64,000 nucleotides of DNA from Candidatus Sabulitectum sp. (lineage in GTDB: Bacteria > Fermentibacterota > Fermentibacteria > Fermentibacterales > JCC-6). A model generated the notes under the pieces. It was given only the letters and a program-made list of their open reading frames with translations, searched no databases and had not been told where the DNA came from. This document shows positions 47,904 to 54,791 of this stretch, in pieces (the first letter of the stretch is position 1; each line of letters begins with the position of its first letter). A program made the position numbers and the translations under genes. Location: positions 11,245 through 75,244 of the forward strand of contig JAGLOJ010000017.1 in the NCBI GenBank assembly GCA_023139045.1, in the 5' to 3' direction.

Positions 47904-49147
47904 ACCAGAGCACCCTTTTCTTTGAGCTCCTTTATAAAATCATCAAGATCCCGCTCTAGATTCTGCTCTTCCGGGTAGTGCTTCTGTAATTCAGAAAGAA
48001 TATTCTCTCTGTCTTTTCCGTTGTCTATCATGTCACAGATACCGAAGGCAACCCCTTCGGTTACCTGCAGATCACCGGTATCTATGTTGAAAAGAATGCC
48101 TCCTGCAGGCTCTCTTCTAAAAACCACACCCTTTGCGTACTCGAGTTTTTTCATGGTTCCTCCTGTTGGTATTTGCTCCCCGGGCAGTATTTCGCCGTAG
48201 TGCTTCTGGCCACACTCCGGGCAGAGGCCGTGGCTGAACTCCGCCATGGAATGCTGGCTGATGAAGATTTCCAGCTGCTCCCAGTAGCCGGAGTCGTTAC
48301 GTATCCTTTTACAGTGGGCGCATATGGGTATTATACCCTTCAGAGTCTGTATCCTGGATAGAGCAGTTCGGAGTTCCACGATCAGATCCTTCCTTGCAAA
48401 CTCCGCGCTTTTGCGCCTGGTTATGTCCAGATGTGTTCCCAGCGCGCGTACAGGCTTGCCGAATTCATCCCTCTCCACAATCCTGCCCCAGTTATGCACC
48501 CATTTCCATGAGCCGTCCTTGTTCCTCATCCTGTGCTCAACCTCGAAGACTTCAGTTTCGCCCATTTCATGCTTTTTAGCGGCTTCCAGCACATCTGACA
48601 GATCATCAGGATGAATGAGCTCAAGCCAGAACTCCTTCCCGGCGGGAATTTCCCCCGAGGCGTAACCGAGCATCTCGGCCCATTCGTCACTCCTGGTTAC
48701 TTCTCCAGTTCTGAAATTTTCTTCCCACCAGGCGAGATTAGCGCTCTCCATGGTTGCAGCAAGACGCTCCCGGCTATGAAGCAGATCGGCGTACATCTTC
48801 TCGGACACCAGAGTGCTTACATTGTATTTTACAGCTCCCATCAACTCTCCTGAGAAGTTGAACATCGGGTAGCAAGTGATTGTATTAATGCGTCCTTTTG
48901 CGTCCTTTTGCTCCCTGTTGCAGGGCTCGCCACTGGCTAGAACCTGAGAAACCGGGCAGCCACCGCAGGTGGGTTCTGACTTCAGAGAACTGAATGCACA
49001 TTCACGGCAGCCTGAGCCGCAGAGGGGAATACACTCGGGACTCTGGGAACGTTTTTCAGTAGTAGCTAGAATATTGCCATTATTATCAAAGCAGATAACA
49101 GTCCCTGAAAAGACCTGTTCCGTGCAGATAGCTGCGTCATCTGGCAT
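47900..49147 (-). CDS. Cys-rich PAS-like / PAS / Cys4 domain sensor protein fused to a C-terminal PqqD-like RiPP-recognition element
   Basis: 415 aa. Residues 1-100 hold 10 Cys (CIPLCGSGCREC..CGGCP). Residues ~125-245 are a canonical PAS (HPDDL..EHRMRNKDGSWKWV..DITRRK). Residues ~268-320 read IPICAHCKRIRNDSGYWEQLE..FSHGLCPEC. Residues 332-415 (MKKLEYAKGVVFRREPAGGILFNIDTGDLQVTEGVAFGICDMID..) are PqqD-like. Confidence 0.8.
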   Translation of the reverse strand: MPDDAAICTEQVFSGTVICFDNNGNILATTEKRSQSPECIPLCGSGCRECAFSSLKSEPTCGGCPVSQVLASGEPCNREQKDAKGRINTITCYPMFNFSGELMGAVKYNVSTLVSEKMYADLLHSRERLAATMESANLAWWEENFRTGEVTRSDEWAEMLGYASGEIPAGKEFWLELIHPDDLSDVLEAAKKHEMGETEVFEVEHRMRNKDGSWKWVHNWGRIVERDEFGKPVRALGTHLDITRRKSAEFARKDLIVELRTALSRIQTLKGIIPICAHCKRIRNDSGYWEQLEIFISQHSMAEFSHGLCPECGQKHYGEILPGEQIPTGGTMKKLEYAKGVVFRREPAGGILFNIDTGDLQVTEGVAFGICDMIDNGKDRENILSELQKHYPEEQNLERDLDDFIKELKEKGALV

Positions 49148-49254
49148 AGACTGAATCCGTTTTCATATTTTAAGTGACCGGGTGTGCTGCATCCGGCTGG
49201 AAAATAACGACCACATCAATACATCTAAAAGTGTCAGGATGTTCGTCAAGAGTC

Positions 49255-49387
49255 AATTCGATCAGTATAGGTTCTGATCAGGTGTCAGAACTGCCCTCGG
49301 TAATATAGCTTGACCATTTCCGAAAAGGGTATCGTAACACCACCCTCGCAGGTTGATCAGCCAAGAATTCGATCAATTCCGGATCAG
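49255..49387. repeat. Cluster of GATCAG/GATCAA motifs in the divergent intergenic region
   Basis: GATCAG at 49260, 49276, 49355 and 49382, plus GATCAA at 49371. AATTCGATCA occurs twice (49255, 49366). GTGTCAG occurs just upstream at 49231 and within the span at 49283. Confidence 0.6.
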
Positions 49388-49849
49388 TGTGGTAAATTCT
49401 ATCTCAGATTGTACCCAAAGCTTGCAGTTATCGCCTTCATTTATCAGCAAATATCGAAAACGAATATACTCCACCACCGGGAAGAAGCTTTTTATTTTAG
49501 CTTACGAACTGGTATAAGCTTTATAGATTGGCTCTGGATAAGGTATGTGAACCCGATACGGATTACATTCCATGGCAGGATGGTATTCCTGAGATAAAAA
49601 TCGCTTAGGAACAAAGTAATCAGCTTCATGGGTGAGATTTACCCCAATGCGAAGTTTATCATAAGAATCAGAGAGATCTTCATTGACTTCGGAGGAGTTT
49701 GGCAGTATGGTTAGCTTTAGGAAGGGAAATGGTGACATCTGCGAATGGATGAGCTGCTTGGGGAGCAGGTAGTATTACGGAAAATCCAATTTCATATTGC
49801 TCAACAGCTTTCCGCAGAGTAACAGGATACAGAGATAAGGAAGGATAGA

Positions 49850-51322
49850 ATGAATAGCAGAATATTAGCAGTACTGCTGGTTTTAGCAGTTTGCCCGACG
49901 CTTCAGGCAGCGGACATCTGGGTGATGGGTTATTACGTGGGATACCATGTGGGTCTGCAGTCACCGAACGAAGTAGACTACTCAACCATGACACACATAA
50001 TGGTAGGTGCAGCAATTCCCCAGAATGACGGTACTTTTGACACGAATTTCTATATGGGCTCATCTGGACCTGCCTGGGCGCAGGAAACTGTGAATCTTGC
50101 CCATACTGCTGGTATCAAGGCAGTACTGATGGTAGGAGGAGCCGGTAGCCACGCAGCCTTCCAGGCAACACAGAATCCCACAGTAAGAGCTGCCTTTGTT
50201 TCGAATCTTTCTCAGATAGTCAACAGCTACGGATTCGACGGCATAGACCTCGACTGGGAACCCATTCCCGCCTCTGACCGGGACGACATCCTTGCCCTCT
50301 CGCAAGACCTGCGCACTGCCATGCCAGACAAGGTGATGACCATCCCCCTGGGATGGAGCAACAGCAACTTTCCATTGACCGATTCCTTCTGGGGACAACT
50401 CTCTCAGTACTTCGACAGAGTAAACATGATGTCCTACCATATGACATGGATTGGCGGTGGATGGGAGAGCTGGCATTCATCCGCTCTTTATGGCGAGACG
50501 CCGACCACTCCATCCTCAATCGACCACACTGTGAGTGCATATCTGGCATCAGGCATACCCGGGAATAAGATAGGAATAGGAATAGGTTTTTTTGGTGAGC
50601 CATATGAGAATGGCAGCTGGTCGGGCGGTATCTTCGTTCACAATACCAGCCCTCCATATATTACCGAACCGGGGCAGAGCACAACAGAAGCTGCTATACG
50701 CGTCAGCGATAACTGGTTCTCTTACAGCAATATCATCCGCTACGTCTACGACAGTAACGCAAGGGAGTGGGACGACACAGCAAAGGTTCCCTACCTGAGT
50801 TTTGACACACCTTTCGAGAGTCCATGGCCAACGTGGCCAACGCCACCAATCACAACCACCTACGTTACTTATGAGGACGTGGAGTCTATAGCTGCAAAGG
50901 GGCTGTACGTACACAATGAGGAACTGGGGGGCTGCATCATCTGGACCATATCCCAGGGTTATCTGGATTGGCTCTCCTCAGGAGAGAAGGATCCACTCAT
51001 GAAGGCCGTGAAGATCGCCTTCCTGGAAACGACAGCGATCGAACAGTCATCGCCGGCACCGATTGTTTCATCATTCTCTGCGTATCCGAATCCGGTTTCA
51101 TCCCTATCGACTATTCAGTACAATCTTCTTGAACAGTCTCATGTTACGATTGAAGTATTCGACATATCCGGGCGTCCCATGCGAACAGTACAGGATGGTT
51201 TTGAACAGAAAGGAGAACACTCATTCCTGTTCCAGACTGCTGAACTGCCAGCGGGTGTATACATGCTGAGATTGGCCTCTGACTCTCAGACCATAACGCA
51301 GCGAATAGTCATAGCAAGGTAG
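49850..51322 (+). CDS. Secreted GH18 glycoside hydrolase (chitinase-like) with T9SS type-A C-terminal sorting domain
   Basis: Signal peptide MNSRILAVLLVLAVCPTLQA. GH18 catalytic motif FDGIDLDWEP. The last ~80 aa (YPNPVSSLSTIQYNL..VTIEVFDISGRPMRTV...LPAGVYMLRL) match the Por secretion tail pattern. Confidence 0.85.
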   Translation: MNSRILAVLLVLAVCPTLQAADIWVMGYYVGYHVGLQSPNEVDYSTMTHIMVGAAIPQNDGTFDTNFYMGSSGPAWAQETVNLAHTAGIKAVLMVGGAGSHAAFQATQNPTVRAAFVSNLSQIVNSYGFDGIDLDWEPIPASDRDDILALSQDLRTAMPDKVMTIPLGWSNSNFPLTDSFWGQLSQYFDRVNMMSYHMTWIGGGWESWHSSALYGETPTTPSSIDHTVSAYLASGIPGNKIGIGIGFFGEPYENGSWSGGIFVHNTSPPYITEPGQSTTEAAIRVSDNWFSYSNIIRYVYDSNAREWDDTAKVPYLSFDTPFESPWPTWPTPPITTTYVTYEDVESIAAKGLYVHNEELGGCIIWTISQGYLDWLSSGEKDPLMKAVKIAFLETTAIEQSSPAPIVSSFSAYPNPVSSLSTIQYNLLEQSHVTIEVFDISGRPMRTVQDGFEQKGEHSFLFQTAELPAGVYMLRLASDSQTITQRIVIAR

Positions 51323-51351
51323 AATAGCTACTGTCAGAACCAGTTCTCGGG

Positions 51352-51951
51352 CTAGAAAGAGGCTTTTATTGCACCCCAGCTGTTTCGCTGAAGAGCAACA
51401 GGTGTTCTCAGCTCGAAAAACGAATCCCAGCTGTGGCCCTGTTCTGCAAAGGAATGGTACTGTCCACCCTCAAAGTACCACATAGGTGAGCCGAACACCA
51501 CCGGATCCTGGTAGAGTACACAAGAATTGAAAACTACACCGGTAACAAGCCAGTACAAATTACCTGCATCCACTGCAACAGACTGCCCCAGATCAAGTGT
51601 CATTTCATAGATAGGCTGAGCGCTGAGAGAGTCGCCTGTAGCAGAGTACGAGACAGTGAAATTCCCGGAAATGATCGAAGTGGCATTATTGGGATTTATG
51701 TCACCTGTGTCCTGTGTGATCTTCAGGAATACCTCAGTCGGTGGTGATGCATTAAAATACTGATAGATGGTAACATGCCTGAAATACCCGGTAAAATCAG
51801 GAGTGAAATCATCAGCCACACTGGTGTAGCATGTGCCACCGTCTACAGAACCAAAGTCATAACTCTGTGTGAAAATTGCATCGCTGGCATGCCCGGAAAC
51901 AAAAGGAGTCAAAACCAGCGCAACAACAACCGATCCAATAGTACCCTTCAT
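51352..51951 (-). CDS. Small secreted protein, paralogue family B, C-terminal SWGAIKASF
   Basis: Start at MKGTIGSVVVALVLTPFVSGHA (GGGGGAGG upstream). Homologous to 52101..52697 throughout (ADDF, DTGDINPNNATS, YQDPVVFG, WDSFFELRTPVAL). Confidence 0.65.
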   Translation of the reverse strand: MKGTIGSVVVALVLTPFVSGHASDAIFTQSYDFGSVDGGTCYTSVADDFTPDFTGYFRHVTIYQYFNASPPTEVFLKITQDTGDINPNNATSIISGNFTVSYSATGDSLSAQPIYEMTLDLGQSVAVDAGNLYWLVTGVVFNSCVLYQDPVVFGSPMWYFEGGQYHSFAEQGHSWDSFFELRTPVALQRNSWGAIKASF

Positions 51952-52100
51952 ATACCTCCCCCTCGAAATGCGACCCCACAAATCGTTTATCCTCTCTGAT
52001 TATAGTAAACACATTGACCTGCGAACAGTTCCACGAATTCGCTTACAGGGTGAAATCTGAAAGCAAACTTATGTTGCACGAGTCAAGACGGATAAATCAA

Positions 52101-52697
52101 CTAGAACGAAGCCTTTATGGACCCCCAGCTGCTTCGCTCAAGGGCTACTGGTGTTCTTATTTCGAAAAATGAATCCCAGTTATAACCACTTTCTGACAGT
52201 TTATGATATTGACCTGCTGTAAAATTCCACATTGATGTGCCAAAAACAACTGGATCCTGGTAGACCAAGTATGAACCGGAGACAGTGCCTACCTCAAGCC
52301 AGTAGAGCTCGCCAACAATTACTGAGGTAGTTGAAGGAAATGAAAAGGTAACTTCATTGATTGAGTAACCAAACAACGAATCACCTGTAGCAACGATGGA
52401 GGGAACAAGATTTCCGGAAATAAGTGATGTAGCAGTATTCGGATCAATATCACCATTGTCTTCGGTAATCTTAATAAAGATATCCACTGGAGGAGTGCCT
52501 GTAAAGATCATCCACAACACAACAAATTGGCAATCACCAGAGAAATTTGGAACAAAATCATCTGCCAGGCTAGGAGACTGAGCACCCCCGTCTACATTAC
52601 TGAAATTATAAGTTTGTGCAAATATGGCATTGCCTGTCTGGGCAAAAGCAGACAGAGCAAAAACAGATACAACCAACAACAATATGGAAAATTTCAT
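52101..52697 (-). CDS. Small secreted protein, paralogue family B, C-terminal SWGSIKASF
   Basis: Start at MKFSILLLVVSVFALSAFA. Tandem paralogue of 51352..51951. Confidence 0.65.
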   Translation of the reverse strand: MKFSILLLVVSVFALSAFAQTGNAIFAQTYNFSNVDGGAQSPSLADDFVPNFSGDCQFVVLWMIFTGTPPVDIFIKITEDNGDIDPNTATSLISGNLVPSIVATGDSLFGYSINEVTFSFPSTTSVIVGELYWLEVGTVSGSYLVYQDPVVFGTSMWNFTAGQYHKLSESGYNWDSFFEIRTPVALERSSWGSIKASF

Positions 52698-52835
52698 TTT
52701 CAACTCCTTGGAAGACAATACTCAACGCAGCCCTATAATAACAAACAAATTGCTTCCTGCACAGGTTCCACCACAAGCCATTGTCCGCAAGTTCTCAGGA
52801 TAGTATTATTGTACCATGAAGAAAGGAAATGTATA

Positions 52836-53069
52836 ATGTTTTTTCCAGAGAAATACAAGAAGCCTGTTCTGCAGAGCGTCGTTGAAGCATCACAAAATGG
52901 CTGGAACGCAACATGCAGTACTGGAACTACACCTGGATCGGGTGGACTTGATTGTCCTGCCGGTGATGGTGCAGGAGCTGCAAAAGGCGGGTTTGACGGA
53001 CGACTTTACACCAACCCCGACAATTCTTCCAGGCTGCTGAATCCTGAAGATGTGAACAGCGGGCGTTAA
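52836..53069 (+). CDS. Possible small Gly-rich protein (77 aa), unknown function
   Basis: ATG 52836 is preceded by GAAAGGAAA at ~8 nt. Product: MFFPEKYKKPVLQSVVEASQNGWNATCSTGTTPGSGGLDCPAGDGAGAAKGG... No homology recognised. The upstream part of track ORF 52527..53069 is antisense to a real gene. Confidence 0.25.
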   Translation: MFFPEKYKKPVLQSVVEASQNGWNATCSTGTTPGSGGLDCPAGDGAGAAKGGFDGRLYTNPDNSSRLLNPEDVNSGR

Positions 53070-53992
53070 GACTTATCTGTTTTCTTATTCAGAACTGCCA
53101 GGGCTCCAAGCCCGAGTAATACGCTGAACCAGAGTGTGGCGAACCTCATAAGCAGGGTCGTCACTGTTGCTGTTGCCGCTGGAAGGTAATCACACAAAAT
53201 TCCGTCGATTGTCAGTTCTGTTAACCCGAGACCACCCGGAATCATTGATATTGCGCCTGCAACACTTCCTGCAGCATGGGAAAGAAGAGCCACGCCTGCC
53301 GGCAGCTCATACCCCATTGAGGCTGCCACCACGCACAACACAAGTGCCTCTATGCCCCACGACACCATGCCGATCGGTACGGATACAGCAAGGCTCTTTG
53401 CGTCCAGAAGGGTCATCGATGCATCTCTGAAACCATCAAACAAGTGTTTTCTTTTCTCAAGAAATGGTATCTTGTGGGCGATCTTTGAGAAAAGATCCCA
53501 GGCCCACTTGTTCATCAGAACAAACATTGCCAATGCAACAAATACCGCCCCTGCTCCTGCTGCAGGCAGAGCTATTCTACTTTTTACAAGAAGTGCCCCT
53601 GTCAAAGCCAGGAGTACCATGCTGATCAGGTCAGTGAGCCTCTCAGCCACCACAATCGGGCTTGTTTTCTCGATTGGAATACCCCTGCGACTTTTAAGTA
53701 GACTGCACTTGAGCAGTTCCCCCATTTTTCCAGGGGAAACTGTCATTGAAAAACCTGCAATGAATACAAGAAAGCTCTCCTTCAAAGGAACCTTCTCATT
53801 TATTCTGTGGAGGAAATACTGCCACTTGAGAAACCTGATTCCGTAGTTGAGAAGGGGAAGCAGGAGGAATAGAGGTATCCAGTTCAGATTAATGGAATCT
53901 GCTGCTGATACTACCTTCCGGATATCTGAATGGAGTACGAGAACTGTATAAAGAACAATGGCGATAACAATGCCCCAGATAGCCTTCTTCAT
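53066..53992 (-). CDS. Flippase-like / LPG-synthase-TM (UPF0104) family membrane protein
   Basis: 308 aa, polytopic. N-terminal pattern ..LNWIPLFLLLPLLNYGIRFLKWQYFL... and SPGKMGELLK are typical of this family. Confidence 0.7.
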   Translation of the reverse strand: MKKAIWGIVIAIVLYTVLVLHSDIRKVVSAADSINLNWIPLFLLLPLLNYGIRFLKWQYFLHRINEKVPLKESFLVFIAGFSMTVSPGKMGELLKCSLLKSRRGIPIEKTSPIVVAERLTDLISMVLLALTGALLVKSRIALPAAGAGAVFVALAMFVLMNKWAWDLFSKIAHKIPFLEKRKHLFDGFRDASMTLLDAKSLAVSVPIGMVSWGIEALVLCVVAASMGYELPAGVALLSHAAGSVAGAISMIPGGLGLTELTIDGILCDYLPAATATVTTLLMRFATLWFSVLLGLGALAVLNKKTDKS

Positions 53993-53995
53993 AGC

Positions 53996-54790
53996 TCAGC
54001 TCTTTGCCTTCTCGCCTGTGATGGCCAGAAGTTCCTGTTGCAGCTTTTCTGTGCCCGGTTGCCTGTCCAGTGTCTTCAGTGCTTTTGCAGCCAGTCTCTT
54101 TGCCTCACTGCTGTCCTTGAGTTTTACAGAACACCTGGCAGCAAGACCGAAAGCCTGGGCTTTGCCCATTCTGGTAATTGGAGTGTCGGGAAGCAATTCT
54201 GCTGAAGTCATAGCACTGGCTCTGGCTCTGGAATACTGATTCCTCTTCATGTGAAGCATTGCAAGATTAAGGTAAACTCCACTTTTTCCGGCACCCTCAC
54301 GCTGCTCAAGAGCTTCCTCAAGAAGAGCTTCTGCCTCACCCAGCCTCTGATCCATATTGATAAAAAGACCGGCAAGATTGACCTTCATTGTGCCTTCGAG
54401 CTTGGGATCCTGCTCCATAGCCTTTCGGTAAAACTTCTCGGCACTTTCATTCTGCCCTTTCTGCTGGGCAATGTAAGCCATCTGAGCCATGGCAGTTCCA
54501 CTGTTATCTCCGGCATCCATGGCTTCCACAACTATCTTCTCGGCCTTCTCAGTTTCTCCGCTTCGAATAAAGTAGAAAACCAGAGCATTTGTCAAAGGGC
54601 AGGCTACACTCTTCTTCTTCCTGTTTACCTCAAGATAGTCTATCATGTCCTGAACATTTCCCTCAGCGGCCATCTTGGCTGCTTTCTGGAGCTGTCTCTG
54701 CTTCCAGACAGGGGATCTAATAAGTTTGTATCCAAGAAAAATTGCAATTGCCAGACAAACACCGGCTACAACGAATAGTATATTTTCCAA
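53996..54790 (-). CDS. Membrane-anchored TPR-repeat protein
   Basis: TTG 54790 is preceded by AAGGAG at 6 nt, giving (M)ENILFVVAGVCLAIAIFLGY (TM) followed by TPR repeats. The longer track ORF would overlap the PBP1A 3' end by >300 nt. Confidence 0.6.
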   Translation of the reverse strand: MENILFVVAGVCLAIAIFLGYKLIRSPVWKQRQLQKAAKMAAEGNVQDMIDYLEVNRKKKSVACPLTNALVFYFIRSGETEKAEKIVVEAMDAGDNSGTAMAQMAYIAQQKGQNESAEKFYRKAMEQDPKLEGTMKVNLAGLFINMDQRLGEAEALLEEALEQREGAGKSGVYLNLAMLHMKRNQYSRARASAMTSAELLPDTPITRMGKAQAFGLAARCSVKLKDSSEAKRLAAKALKTLDRQPGTEKLQQELLAITGEKAKS

Positions 54791-54791
54791 G

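Noticed and set aside
49310-49738. Track ORFs 49310..49597 (+) and 49502..49738 (-) as candidate precursor peptides or genes in the long intergenic region.
   Set aside because: There is no Shine-Dalgarno sequence, the two overlap each other, the composition is unlike neighbouring genes, and there is no leader/core-like organisation. The minus-strand one looks like a frame-broken remnant. The region is kept only as a region-level finding.
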